This document shows positions 1 to 12,690 of a DNA stretch of 64,000 bases, piece after piece. Each line of letters begins with the position of its first letter. Within the stretch, counting starts at the first letter, position 1. This DNA is from Octopus sinensis (taxonomy: Eukaryota): contig NC_043015.1 of the NCBI RefSeq assembly GCF_006345805.1, forward strand, positions 33,418,001 through 33,482,000. The letters run 5' to 3'. Below the pieces are notes generated by a model, which was given only the letters and a program-made list of their open reading frames with translations, made no database searches and was not told the DNA's origin. A program made the position numbers and the translations under genes.

Positions 1-130
1 AAGGATAAAAGGCAAAGTCGACCTCAGTGGAATTTGAACTCAGAATGTAAGGTCGGACGAAATACTGTAAAGCATTCTGCCCAGTGTGCTAACACCTCTG
101 CCAGTTTACCACTTCAATAATAATAACAAT

Positions 131-342
131 CCTTTATACTGGAAGCCCAAGGCTTCATATTTGGGGGAAGGGATTAAGTCGATTACATCAACCCCAGTGT
201 GTAACTGGTACTTATTTAATTGACCCTGAAAGGATGAAAGGTGAAGTTGACCTCAGCAGCATTTGAACTCAGAACATAAGGTCGGACGAAATACTGCAAA
301 GCATTTCGCCCAGCATGCTAACAATTCTGCCAGCTCACCGCC
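131..342 (-). mobile_element. tRNA-derived SINE family A (a second partial copy is at 1-113)
   Basis: On the minus strand the head GGCGGTGAGCTGGCAGAA...GAGTTCAAAT (A and B boxes) is followed by the conserved CTTTCATCCTTTCRGGGTCRAT...AAGTACCAG core. (TAA)n lies at the junctions. Confidence 0.8.
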
Positions 343-1077
343 TTAATAATAATAATAATAATAGCATTAATAATAATAATATTAGTAATGGTTTCTTTTT
401 GTTTTCTTTTTAATAGCCTATAGATATAAAACTGACATAAATTTATTGCATATAAATGTGTGTGTATGTAGTTAGGATATTCGTAAGCGTGTGAACAGCT
501 GAAAGTTGGGCGGTGGGATGATGTGTGTATGTAAAACGAGAGAATGTTTGCATGTGCGTAAATGAGTGAGCTTCCAGACATGAGTATGTAGAAGTGTGTT
601 TGTCCGTGTGTGTATGTCTGTACATACACAGATACACAGACACACACATGCAGACGTCTGACTTTGTTATTCTGTTGTAATGTGAAATCTATTACTCCTT
701 CAATAATATCACATCCTTAAAGTGAAAGCTATTATGCTCCACTAAATCTCTATGATACCTCGTTGCCTCCTTAATACTGGAATGGTTTATCAAAGAACTA
801 GACAGAATATAGGTAAATCACGATTAATGTATTCTTACCAATACTGCTTCTTCTAAGCAGACAACAAAGAAAAAATGGCTTTTGGTTTTATTTTTTTCTC
901 TCTCTCCCTCTCTGTATATATGTATATATATATATATATTCATTCATTCATTTATATTTTATTATAGAGAACATATAAGAGAACAGATCAGACATCCTAT
1001 GATATGTAAATAACCATTGAGGTAATTTCGATAATCAAATATAACTAAAGTGGATATTCATCATGTCTAAAATCCCT

Positions 1078-1079
1078 GT

Positions 1080-1134
<55 letters not shown>

Positions 1135-1335
1135 AAAAATGGATGTATAGATAGACAGATGAGTAGATTGAAAGAGAGATAGATGAATGGGTAGATAGAT
1201 AACCAAGATAAATTGAATGACAGATAGATAGGAAGATGGAGAGGGAGATGGATGGATGGAGGGAAAGACAGAGAGATGGATGGCTAGATAGATAGATAGA
1301 TGGTGAGACAGATGAATATATAGAGAGATAGGCAA
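1078..1335. repeat. (GATA)n/(GA)n/(GGAT)n compound microsatellite, representative of dozens across the window
   Basis: Read directly. Others include (GT)n(CT)n 1772-1840, (CA)n(TA)n 9103-9162, (TA)n 36020-36075, 36935-36970 and 50895-50957, and (GGT/GAT)n tracts 32900-33170, 47660-47880 and 62930-63200. Confidence 0.95.
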
Positions 1336-1424
1336 GAAAGATAGAAAGACATAAGAAGATAGACAGAGAAAGATGGAGAGGTAGAGAGCTGAAGAGATGG
1401 ATTATATACTGTAAAAACTGGTAC

Positions 1425-1737
1425 ACTTGGTTGTGATGGGGGATCCAGTTGATCCGATGAACAGAACAGCCTGCTTATGGAATTAATGGGAAAGTAGCTG
1501 AACACTTCACAGACAGGTGAACCCTTAATGTAGTTCTGAAGGAGATTCAGCATGACAGGGGATGTGACAATGCTGGCCCCTTTTGAATTATAAGTACAAC
1601 TAACTTTTGCCAGCTGAGTGGACAGGAGCAATTTGAAATAAAGCGTCTTGCTCAAGGACACAGTGTGCTGTTGGGAATTGAACTCATGATGTAATGATCA
1701 CGAGTTGAATACCTTAACTACTAAGCTACGTGCCTTC
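1425..1737 (-). mobile_element. tRNA-derived SINE, head H2 with tail T1
   Basis: The head resembles that of 2122-2455. The tail GGATCCAGTTGATCCGAT...CAGCCTGCT...CCCTTAATGTAGTT matches 40758-40930. Confidence 0.65.
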
Positions 1738-1799
1738 ACAGTTAGATTGTACATACACATGTAAGTATATTTGTGTGTGTGTGTGTGTGTGTGTGTGTA

Positions 1800-1847
<48 letters not shown>

Positions 1848-1854
1848 TATACCA

Positions 1855-2042
1855 TTAACCTTTTTGATACCAACCTAGCTGAAACAAACCCTGCCTCTAT
1901 GAAACAAAATCCCAATTTTAAAATGATCTTAATTAAAACCTTCCACCAAAATTTCATGCTAATTTTTGTTCCCACCACCAGCTAAATAGTGACACAGATA
2001 TTTTAATAAATTCCATAAGAAATATAATAGCAAAAGGGTTAC
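1855..2042. mobile_element. piggyBac-type MITE
   Basis: TTAA-CCTTTTTGATAC...ATAGCAAAAGGG-TTAC. Confidence 0.55.
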
Positions 2043-2121
2043 AAGACTATTCTGAGTGTGGAGTAGCTTTATTATAGTTTTAGGCTTAACTATGTGTTAG
2101 GTATCATAATTAACTATGTAA

Positions 2122-2455
2122 AGGGTGAAGACCCCCTTCGGTCATGAATGACCATGGGATTGCACCTAGAAAGTTACCCTCCGAGGCACAAGTCTGGGCA
2201 AAGCTGTTTATGGAAGAGCAGCAGTCACCCATGCATGCCAGCCTCTCGTCTCCATGTCACCGATGTTATCCAAGGGAAAGGCAAGAGCCATTACAGCTTG
2301 GCACCAGTGACATTGCAACTCATTTCTACAGCTGAGTGAACTGGAGCAACATGAAATAAAGTGTCTTGCTCAAGAACACAACACACAGCCTGGTCCAGGA
2401 ATCAAATTCATTACCTTATGATTGTGAGCCAAACACTTTAACCATTGAGCCATGT
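2122..2455 (-). mobile_element. tRNA-derived SINE, head H2 with tail T2
   Basis: The minus-strand head is CATGGCTCAATGGTT...GTGTTCTTGAGCAAGACACTTTATTTC...CACTCAGCTG. A homologous copy lies at 45160-45465. Confidence 0.8.
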
Positions 2456-2553
2456 AATAGGTCAGTATTATAATTAACAATGTGATGAGGCAGTGACAGA
2501 AAATATCAAATAGACATCCCAAAGGAATGGGGACAGCCAAGGAACCCAAAGAT

Positions 2554-2934
2554 CAGTGGTTCTCAACCATTTTTTACTTATCGATTTCTTTGATTATTAT
2601 TTTATTCTTGTGGAACCCACATGGTCCACTTGATGTTTAAAAACTAGTTTTATAGATACTGCTTTCAAAATTCTTATTTTGCTTTTCACTCGTTCACTTG
2701 TGTAGGTCTGCAATGGTACTCACTGAAAGAACTTGTTTCAGTGGCCAGAAACATGTTCAACTGTGTAAAATGTTAGCGAAAGAAACAAATCTGTTTCTTA
2801 CAATAAATACATCCAAAGTAAAATTTTTTCATGAAATCCTAAAATACTACTATGGACCCCTAATTTACTGTTTTGCTTGAGTGGACTCCCAAAAATTTTA
2901 TATGGACCACGTGGACCCTGGTTGAGAACCAATG
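2554..2934. mobile_element. hAT (Charlie-like) MITE
   Basis: TIRs CAGTGGTTCTCAACC and GGTTGAGAACCAATG. The 8-bp flanks CCAAAGAT/CCATAAAT match at 6 of 8 positions. Subterminal GTGGAC motifs are present. Confidence 0.8.
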
Positions 2935-3637
2935 CCATAAATCTAGGATTATCTTTATTGTCAAAGCCTAGTACCTGCTACTAGGTGTGTTCTTTGGCCT
3001 ACAGGTTCATACTGTATCTCCATTCACTCGGGCCACCTTGCCAATGTCCTCTACTTTTCAGAAAATTTGCTACTTAACAGCACCTTCTTCAATTGGTGGA
3101 ACTAGAATAAGTTGGCCAAAGAGAATAGTGTCTATTATCAGTCCTGGCAATCTTATTTGCCATACACCCCTTTTACATTATTATCACCAGTAGAAAACTG
3201 TGTGCAGTTCCTGGCCAAAGGAAGGTTGTGGGGTGTTCCTCCCTCTCGATGGACATGGTTCATAGCTGGATCTGTCCTTCACAGAACAACAGTAGTTCCA
3301 CATCAATCAGTCAGTAAAGCTTGGACCCTGAATGAGTGACTGCATAATGGCATCATTACTCTGTACACATTGACAGACTCAGCTGATGGTGCTACTGTGC
3401 AGGTAGAGCTTACACTAACCTGGCAATGTAACAATAACACCACCAGTAACAATAACAACAAATAATTGGTCTTTTAATATAAGAACATAGGCAGAAATTT
3501 GAGGCGAAGGTGTCCAGTTGATTAAATGAACTCCAGTACTTGATGGGTATTATATTTAATTCACAGAAGGAAAATGAAAGCTGGATATAAACTCAAATGG
3601 CTGCCAATCCATTACCTTAGTAGCATTAATAATAATA

Positions 3638-3823
3638 GGTTAAAAAGGCTTGAAATCTGGAAGGAGGGGGCAAGTCAGTTACACTAATCCCAGTGTTCAA
3701 GTGGTACTTATTTCACTGACCCCTGAAAGATAAAAGGGAAAGTCAACCTCAGAACATAAAGCCAAACAAAATGCTGCTAAGCAGTTTTGCTTGGCATGCT
3801 AATGATTCTGCCAGCTCATTGTC

Positions 3824-3858
<35 letters not shown>

Positions 3859-4420
3859 CCAACAATAATTGGTGCACTTGACACAACACCCAAAATGCTA
3901 CCTAATAAGGGCTGGAGGAAAATGGAACTGAGACTTGCATTGTTTATCTGCAGAAAAGTATGATCCTGTATTCTGTAAGGGTCTTAAGAAAGATTCTTGA
4001 AACTTTAGGAGACTTGTTGTCACCAAGGTCAGCAACTTTAAGAGGAGCAGTTAGTCAATGTTACATACCAGTACTTGATCGGTACTATCTTTCATTGGCC
4101 CCAAATGGATGAAATGCGAAGTTGCTCTCAGCAGGATTTGATATAAGAATTTGTGGTAACTAAATACCATAAGGTCTGACACACTAACAATTCTGCCAAT
4201 TCTTCTTCTTCGCCATTGCTGCCACCGCCAATTCCAACCACAAGAACCTTTCCTACAACAGGCAACAAAACCTGAAACTTTGGGGAAGGGGGCTAGTTAA
4301 TTACATCGGTCCCAGTATTCAAGTCTGCCTCAACAGAATTTGAACTCAAAATACAAAGGCAGACAAAAATGCCAGTGAGTAGGGTGTCTGACATGCTAGC
4401 AATTTTGCCAGGTTACTGAC
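3638..4420 (-). mobile_element. Cluster of three degraded family-A SINEs (3638-3823, 4050-4200, 4255-4420)
   Basis: Each copy repeats the AACTCAGAA...TGCTAAYRATTCTGCCA head motif and the ACTGGTACT core. Confidence 0.65.
3860..4030 (+). mobile_element. Old R4/Dong-like 3' remnant
   Basis: Follows (TAA)n and translates IIGALDTTPK..., a degraded version of the IVGALG...QK..LR C-terminus seen at 5300-5459. Confidence 0.4.
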
Positions 4421-4458
4421 CTTACTAACAACAAGAATAAAGTGAGTTTTCTGTTTAC

Positions 4459-4525
4459 CTTTGTTCCCTTTTACAAGTTTTATATGTATCAGATTGTTTT
4501 CCAGTGAATTGGGTCTCTTTACAAA
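4459..4525 (-). CDS. dlg1: Discs large coding exon, end of PDZ1, linker and first strand of PDZ2
   Basis: 67-nt exon FVKRPNSLENNLIHIKLVKGNK+G matches the Dlg pattern YVKR...EIKLIKGxKG. It has a strong polypyrimidine acceptor (ttttttttctccttttctgttgcag|TTT) and donor AAAG|gtaaac. Its phase 0 start matches the exon at 39339. Confidence 0.87.
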
Positions 4526-4632
4526 CTGCAACAGAAAAGGAGAAAAAAAATGAGATAACAGTTTACTATGGCAGACAAGTGTAGTCTAATACTCTCACTG
4601 AAACAATATGCAAACAACAACAACAACAATAA

Positions 4633-4843
4633 TGGTTTCAAATTTTGGCACAAGGCCAGCAGGTTTGGAGGAGGAGATAAGTTGATTTTGTTGACTTCGG
4701 TGACCAATTGGTGCTTATTTTATCGATCCTGAAAGGGTGAAAGATGAATTTGACCTCAGTATAATTTGAACTAAGAATGTAAAGACATGAAATGCCACTA
4801 AGAATTTTGCCTGGTGTGCTAATGATTCTGCCAGCTTGCCACC
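4633..4843 (-). mobile_element. tRNA-derived SINE family A
   Basis: Full head-to-tail similarity to 131-342. It abuts the (TAA)n preceding the Dong-type fragment. Confidence 0.8.
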
Positions 4844-4862
4844 TGAATAATAATAATAATAA

Positions 4863-5583
4863 CAAATGAAAAGAAATATTACAAGTAACTGCAGAATATG
4901 TGGAGATGGACAAGAAACAATAAATCATATTATCTCTAGCTGCCCAGTCCTGGCTAAGAAGGAATATATTCACAGACATGACAGAGTTGGAACCTACATA
5001 CATTGGAAGCTATGCCAACATTATGGAATAACAACAGAAAAAAGATGGTATAGGCACACACCAGAAAAGGTCACAGAAAACAAGAAAGCAACCATACTCT
5101 GGGATATGCCGATACACACAGATAGAGAAATTAAGACCAACAGACCAGATATAGTTGTCAGAGATCATGAAGAAAAAAAATGCTTTCTAATTGATGTATC
5201 AATACCGGCAGATGACAACGTGTCTCTAAAAGAAATGGAGAAACTCTCAAAATACAAAGACCTGGAAATAGAGGTAACTAGAATGTGGAACCTGAAAACA
5301 GAAACAATTCCTATCATAGTAGGTGCATTAGGCATGATAAAAAAATATTCAGACAAATACATAACAAAAACACCAGGACTTACAAACACATATAACATAC
5401 AGAAAATTGCACTACTAGGCACTGCACACATCCTACGCAGAACACTTTCCATACAATAACCATCAGAGCATCACAACAAATCACAGCACATACCCAAGGC
5501 ACACAGAGCTGCGCTCGGTAGTGAAGTGAAAGCACGCTATAAAAATAAAACTACTGAATAATAATAATAATAATAATAATAAT
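4863..5583 (+). mobile_element. 5'-truncated R4/Dong-type non-LTR retrotransposon (CCHC knuckle plus restriction-like endonuclease and 3' UTR)
   Basis: The uninterrupted ORF 4866-5459 has CRICGDGQETINHIISSC (CCHC), YIHRHD, RPDIVV..LIDVSIP..K..KY (PD-D/ExK-type endonuclease) and IIVGALG...QKIALLGTAHILR. (TAA)n lies on both sides. Confidence 0.9.
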
Positions 5584-5594
5584 GATGATGATGA

Positions 5595-5805
5595 TTTTGA
5601 ATATTGGCACAAGGCCAGCAAGTTTAGGTGGTGGGGGTAAGTCAATTACATCAACCCCAGTATTCAACTGGTACTTGTTTTATTAACCCTGAAAGGACAA
5701 AAAGCCAAGCTGACTTCAGTGGAATTTGAACACAGAATGTGCAGACAGACGAAATGCCACTAAATATTTTGCCTGGCATGCTACCAATTCTGCCAGCTTG
5801 CCACC
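5595..5805 (-). mobile_element. tRNA-derived SINE family A
   Basis: Same consensus as 131-342, bounded by TAA/GAT repeats. Confidence 0.8.
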
Positions 5806-6931
5806 TTAATAATAATAATAACAAATGTTCTTTTAGCTGATTTAATCTGCATCTTATTCTGGAAAAGAGCCAATCTGTGACACGGAGATTAGTGTCTGAG
5901 CAGTGTAGTTTCACTGGAAATACTTAAGACCTGTCACAGACGATGATTTATCAAAACAAAAGTAATTTGCTTTCTGCTTGTGTGTAATATCCTCCACGTA
6001 TTTGATCTGTTCTTTTCTGGTTGATAAATCTGAGGGTTTTTGACCTTTTAAAGAGAAGATCATTTAAAATCCATTCGATGGGATTTCTATATTTTGAAGT
6101 TATTATTTGCTGGAACAAGAAATCTTTATTAGTTTTAAGTTTCTAATGAGTTTGGAAAGACATTTTTTAAAAAACATATCAGTAAACATTTTATATACAA
6201 TAGAGGACAGCTAGTGTCTGCTCTGATTAAAAATATTCTGTAACTTTTATGTGTGTGTATATATATATATATATAAAACCCTTTGTGGGTAGTAAAGAAA
6301 TATATATATATAACCAGCATACAAAGTAGATAGACAAACAGATAGATAGGTAGGTAGGCAGACAGATGGAGAGATAGATTGATAGATGGAAGATGGATAG
6401 ACAGACAGACAGATGGATGGATAGACAGACAGGGGATACAGACAGATGGATAGATAGATAGATGGGGAGAGAGAGAGAGACATTTGGTATTATAAATGAA
6501 GACTAAAACTCAATATTCAAAATAAAATATGCTACATAAAGGAGAGTATTGTAGTTCGCTTGAAGCATTGTGTATTGTTTGTAAAGAATAAAAAGTTTTG
6601 AATGGTACAAAACAATGCACTATAATACAAACAATGGGCTATATACCTGTTGTAATTTTAGTCATCCAAAGTCAGATATTTCGGAATAATATTCCTTCTT
6701 TAGATATTCTTAGATGGAGTCACTGACAGTTTCAAGTATTTATTAAGTGAAATACATGAAACTCTCATACTTAAAGTCACATACTTTATAACTAACTGAA
6801 TAGGTAGACAAATATTTAGAGAACATTGTATATTCACAATATCTAGGAACAGAAACACAGCTGGTCATTAACAACAAGTGTAGAAGTATACAAAATTCTG
6901 GCACCCTAGACCTTGGAAGCACTAAACAAAC

Positions 6932-7218
6932 TTTAGGAAACATTTTTTCACGCTGAGAGTTGCTGAAGCATGGAACAAACTGCCGGCATCAGTTGTTAGT
7001 TGTCGGAGCACTGCATCCTTCAAAACTTCCATGGTTTCTGAGATTCGCCAACACTACACCTGATTTTCTCCCCTCCATACACACACAAGCACGTATCTGA
7101 CTCATGCATTGTTCGCTTTCCAGACATTTGTACATTACTGCAGATGCTTTATACGCACTTTCTGACAAGTTGTGGTGCACCTGAGCACTATATACAATAA
7201 TTTCATTATTATTATTTT
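6932..7218 (+). mobile_element. CR1/L2-type LINE 3' end
   Basis: Translates FRKHFFTLRVAEAWNKLPASVVSCRSTASFKTSM (the RV..WN.LP..VV...FK motif), then a 3' UTR ending in (ATT)n. Confidence 0.7.
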
Positions 7219-8311
7219 AAACCCTAAGTCACTAGAGGAAAATATACGTCATGCATGTACACACACACACACATACATAAATGGACGCTCAACTGACCCA
7301 AATTTATGGTATCACATCCATCACAAGCATTTTCACAAAATCACACAAGCAGTCATAAATAACCAAAGACAGAAATTTAATTAAACAGTATACACAATCA
7401 CTGATATAATATGTTGACGAAACAACATAATTTATCATATATTGTGTTATTAATGTTACAAAAATCTACAATCAATGCATCAAATTTGCTGCTGCCATGA
7501 TTCTTGGAACCATGGAGAAAAGAGGGGGAGGGGAAAAGCAAACAAAAAACACCTCACAGGTTTAGTTGAGATGAAACCAGAGAGGCCCCTAAGGGCACGA
7601 TACTTCTAAACAGTTACACTGATTAATGGACACACATAATGTTAATTGCTCATCAAATAATTGTTTCATTCCTATCTATGGCACAATTAAGAATTTAATC
7701 ACAAAAATACACCAGAACGGATGCATTTAATTCCATCAACCTATGGCTCCTTTACACAATCTGATCACCATTGCCAATACCAATTGACTTTATAACAAAA
7801 ACGTACTCCAGAGTCATGCAACACTGGTTCCATTAAATAATGGAAACATTATCTTATCAACATAGGAAGAATCTTCCTCCATTCTGGTCCACCATGTGTC
7901 AGCTGTCCCTAGTGATGGCTATTTTAGTTAAGTCATCTCCTTTATCCTTGCTTAAATGCATCAATGCCACTCAAATTCCTTGTTCAGTCTTACTGGAGTC
8001 CAAGTATGTTGCATTGGTTTAAATCACATGGTAAATCAATGGACTTCAGTGTTTGATCATTGTTCAGTGAAGCTCCATGTTTGATCAGAGCAGATCAATA
8101 TCTGATGATTGGAGATTAGTGTCTGTTTAATATAGATCAATGTCTGATCAATGTAGATCAACATTCAAAGACAGTTTGTATCTCTTATCAATATCTGATC
8201 AGTGTAAACTAGTGTCTGTTTAGTGTAGACTGATGTCTGATCTGGTCAACCTACATGTTCTGCATTTTTAAACCGAAAGACATTCTTCAATTGTTTATGT
8301 AATCACCTATT

Positions 8312-8542
8312 TTATCCCTTTGGCATTTAAATGGGATATAATCTGGCCTAACAATTATATCTGTCTTATGTTCAAACTGGCCAGGTCTGGCCTCTCGTAT
8401 CTACCCTACCATGCCTTTCTAAAAATATAAACAATCAAATTTTCAAAATCTTGAAACCACAAGAAAATACATGATAAATTCAAAACAATGGGAATAAAAA
8501 AGCATCAGAGTTAAGAGAATAATCTGAATGCTCCAGGGTTAA
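8312..8542. mobile_element. piggyBac-type MITE (CCCTTTAGCATT family)
   Basis: TTAT-CCCTTTGGCATT...AATGCTCCAGGG-TTAA. The interior is the reverse complement of 10766-10987. Confidence 0.7.
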
Positions 8543-9101
8543 AGATGGAAGAGGCTGTTGAGGCGATTAGACTGTTACATTTAGTAAATTAAGGGTCTAT
8601 ATATATAGGTCTTTTAGTGACTTGTGTGGGCTCCAATTTTAAACATAATAGGGAATTTGTTGAGGGAGACCTGTGAACAAGTTAAGGACCTCACATAAAA
8701 ACTGTCTAAATGACTTAAGTGCAGACAGGTGAGTTGCTATAACAACGCAATAGTAAATACAGCGTTCAGTTGCCAAATTCTGAACATCTACCACTAATTG
8801 TTGACAAGACTGTGAGTTGTGCAATAATTAGCAAAAACATTGATAAAGTGTGGAGATCAACAAGATAGAAATATCTTCTCAGTAGATCTGAAGCTCTATC
8901 ATGTCCTAACTCACTTGCTTAGCTTAATGAGCAGATCAAAAGTAATTTGATAGCATAACAGAACTGCAGAAGACGACCAAAGAGATTACCAATAACGATA
9001 AGTGTCATTGTTAGCAATTTTTCTATCTGACTTTGTAGAAATTTGCAAAAAAGAAAAAAAAAAGGAAAAAGGACCTCTGCATCTGTTCGTCAGTGTAACT
9101 A

Positions 9102-9167
<66 letters not shown>

Positions 9168-9971
9168 CATGTTCATATCACACACATGCACATAGCTATA
9201 CATACAAGTATCTGTTTCAGATTATATTATAAAATGATGTAATACATGCACACGTGTGAGTGAGTGTGTGTGTGTGTGTGTGTGTTTGTGTGTGTGTATT
9301 ATGTAACAACTTTTACCCAAGTTTATTTATAGTGAAGTGAATACACATTAAGCTGACATCAGTAATTACGAAAAGGAATATTTAGCAGAGATTTCCTTGA
9401 CAGATAATGTCCTGGAGACAACACAGTTTTGAGGAAGAGAATTTCAGTTCTACTGGCTGTTCTTATTGTTGATGTTGTAGTTGTTGGTGATGCAGTTATT
9501 TTCACTTGGGGGAGGCAGGGGGGACAGGGTGTTGGGAGTAGTGGCAAACACCTTTGATGTTGGAAAAGGCTCGGAAACATGTGGTTTGATAGATACAAAT
9601 ATATACAGAGGGGGAGGGTAGACAACTACGAAAAGAGAGAACGTGTGTGGAGGGGAGTGAGAGAGAGATTACAAGAAGATATGTGATATAGATTATGTGG
9701 CAGATTTATTGCCAGATTTTGTAGACAGAAACTGAAAGAAGCCAGTTGTACATCTACTTTACATGGTCGTAAAGGAGTGCCACCATCATACAATTGATGT
9801 TTGTTTCCAATCTTCTGTGAAACATGTGACTGGTCAGGGGTAAATATTTCCTTACTTGAGGAAAAAGCTAGGGTTGGCAACAGGGAGCACATCTGGCCAT
9901 AGAAAATCTGCCTCAACAAAACAAATTCTGTCTGATCCAAAGTCAATATTATGATGATGATGATGATGATG

Positions 9972-10187
9972 ATATGGATTATCTAATGGATTACTGTTAG
10001 ATATCTAATATGGATTATCTGGTGGATTACTGCTAGATGTACAATATAGATTATCTGATGATTTACTACTAGATGTGTAATACAGATTATCTAGTTAATT
10101 ACAGCTAAATATGAGATATGATTTATCTGGTGGATTTCTGCTAGAAGCTTGATATAGATTATCTAATGTCTAACTGCAAGATACATA
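9972..10187. repeat. Degenerate 36-bp minisatellite x6
   Basis: Unit approximately ATATRGATTATCTRRTGGATTACTGCTAGATGTACA, repeated at an exact 36-nt period. Confidence 0.85.
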
Positions 10188-10765
10188 ATGCCAGCTGACT
10201 AATCTGGTAGATTATCCAGTGGTTCACTACCAGATGTTCTTTTTCCAACACTGAATTCTCTCCACAATTTTGAGGGCTCTGAGTTCCACATACGTCTACT
10301 CAGTACTGCAGTTACTTAACCCCTTGCGGATGGATTTAGCATTGACAGGGTGTTAGGCCATTCAGTAACTACATAAGTTTTCATACAAGGAATTTTACAG
10401 ATTCTTCTCAGTGTGGTATATTTGAAAACATGGGGCCTCACAGAGCGACACATTACACTGCTCTCACACACACAGTGTTTCAATGTGCTCAGTACCGCTT
10501 CCCTTGAAACCATGAAGTTGGGAAGTAAAACTTTTTAACCACAAAGCCACGCCTGTGCCTAAACTCACACACACACAGGCCTTTGGCAGGATTCTACGTA
10601 CTGCGATATGGTGGCCACGAAGGGAGTTAGGGATAGATGAATGGCATGTGTGAGTCGTGTAACCCATATACGGATGTGCAGTTAGCAAGATGAGAGATGC
10701 AATGAAGACAATGATGAATTTAGCAGACAGGAGCCCACCACTGCTCAATCCTCAATCAGAGCACC

Positions 10766-10987
10766 TGAACCCTTTGGCATTCTGATTACTCTATCAAATG
10801 CAATGTTTGTTTATTCCCATTGCTTTGAATTAATAAGGCATCACCTCACACCTTTGACATTTTGATGATGTGATTGTTTTTAGAATGATGTAAGGTTCGT
10901 GTGAGAAATTGGATCTGGATGATTCAAAGAGAAAACAGGTAAAATATTTGGGCTGGATGTGACTGGTTTAAAATGTTAAAGGGTCAA
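10766..10987. mobile_element. piggyBac-type MITE (CCCTTTAGCATT family)
   Basis: TGAA-CCCTTTGGCATT...AATGTTAAAGGG-TCAA. A partial copy lies at about 32440-32530. Confidence 0.72.
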
Positions 10988-11100
10988 GCCATTGCAGAAG
11001 GGTTTAACTTGTTCATTACCATGTTTCTGTTGAAATCTCACCATCTTAATTTCAAAAATAATGATCATCAGAATCAAACACACGGTCATAGCAGCAACAA

Positions 11101-11498
11101 GTGGAGGCGCAATGGCCCAGTGATTAGGGCAGCGGACTCGCAGTCGGTGGACCGCGGTTTCGATTCTCAGACCAGGCGTTGTGTGTGTTTATTGAGCGAA
11201 AACACCTAAAGCTCCACGAGGCTCTGGCAGGGAGTGGTGGCGACCCCTGTTGTACTCTTTCATTGTACTCTTTCGCTCCAACTTTCTCTCACTCTTTCTT
11301 CCTGTTTCTTGTCCCCAACTTCCTGCGCAACCGCTGAGCCTGGAATTCGCATTCATCCATCCATCAATGCTCTTGGTGTCGGGGGTTGACCTGCTTTCTC
11401 TTTTGCGGGTTTTACGAATAGCAAAGGACCACATTTTGGACTTCTCTCACTACAGACAAATGGGACGAAGACTGCTTCGCTCAACAAACAAACAAAGC
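11101..11498 (+). mobile_element. tRNA-derived SINE, head H1 with tail T3
   Basis: GGAGGCGCAATGGCCCAGTG...GGTTTCGATTC (A and B boxes). There is an apparent 11-bp TSD AGCAGCAACAA (11090-11100, 11499-11509). Confidence 0.82.
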
Positions 11499-12544
11499 AG
11501 CAGCAACAACAACAACATTAACTACACCAGATTAATGTCAGCAAAAACTATTCATAAACGAATTACTAATTCAACCCCCAAAATTGGCAAGATAGCTGTC
11601 TGCCATCAGTTGGAGCTAAATGGATTTCTTAGCGTGTACTGTTGGTAGTGGAGTCTGTCTTAATTGGCTTGTTAATTAGTAATAAATCATCAATCAGTGT
11701 ATTGGCAGTAGGTAGTAGGCGCCACAGAACTTTTACTGGTTCCTCAGGGAAGCGTGAGTCAGTGTGTGTATGTCTGTATGTAAGGATGCGTGTATAACTT
11801 GTTTAAGGATGTGTGTGTATGAGAATGTGCATGTGAGGATGTGTGTGTGATAGAGTAATTGTCAGTGCATGTGTGTGTGAGTAACTATGCATGTGCTTAT
11901 GAATGTGCCTGTGTGAATATGAGTTTTATATGTGCGTATGTGTGAAAGGTATGTGCAGACGTGTGTGGTGTTGTATCTGCATTTTGTGTGCTGAGGATAA
12001 CTGTTAATTTGAAAAACACACAAGTATCATTCCCTTACACCTGATGTCATTAAGTGCACTGGACTTGAAAGTTTCCTTCCAGTTTGTCCTACCAGCTGAG
12101 GGTGATTAGAGGAAACACTTTGGCCCTTTGCCTATTTATCACATGATACACAAGACATGTTTCCCTGGCATTCATGCATCAGATATTATGCAAATTCACC
12201 ATTTTTTTCAACCATCAGAGTAATTTGGGATTCATGAAAGGAAAGGTTTATATTGCTCAGAACACATGAAACCAGGGTAACTAGAAGTCTGAAACCAAGC
12301 ATGGGTATATCTTAAGTCTGCTTTTCTGAGTAGGAGGAAGGAAACAAAGAAAAGGCACTTTATAAAATGGTTTCCTCTGAATTACATCAGGGGGTCTTCC
12401 CCACAACTAGGGAATATTTCTTGAAATTCTTTATTGTTGAATTGCTTTTTTGATACTCCTTTTTCTTGATATAAATTCCATATTTGTGGATTTCCTTTTT
12501 TGCCCTTCTATTGTCCTCAATGTCTGGAATCCTTGTGGCAGAAT

Positions 12545-12690
12545 CATGACCATGCTGGACAAAATGCATAGCAGCATTTTTCCAGTTTTACATTCAAATT
12601 CCATCGAGGTCTTTGTCTTTTATTCTTCAGGGGTTGATAAAAATAAGCATCAGTTGAGCACTAGGGGCCAATGTAATCACCTCAGCCCAC
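12545..12690 (+). mobile_element. Degraded family-A SINE, plus orientation
   Basis: CAAATTCCATCGAGGTC...CAGGGTTGATAAAAATAAGCATCAG...CAATGTAATC. Confidence 0.55.

Noticed and set aside
8905-9075. Polypyrimidine tract and GTGAGT donor suggesting a minus-strand exon
   Set aside because: All three frames contain stops, and the AG is far from the pyrimidine tract.
9972-10187. 36-bp repeat as a CRISPR array or coding VNTR exon
   Set aside because: There are no unique spacers, stop codons interrupt the readable frames, and there are no convincing splice sites.
11103-11180. SINE heads as tRNA genes (also 41065-41139, 59953-60030, 57805-57876)
   Set aside because: The A and B boxes are present, but the acceptor and anticodon stems do not close, and each head continues into a repeat body.
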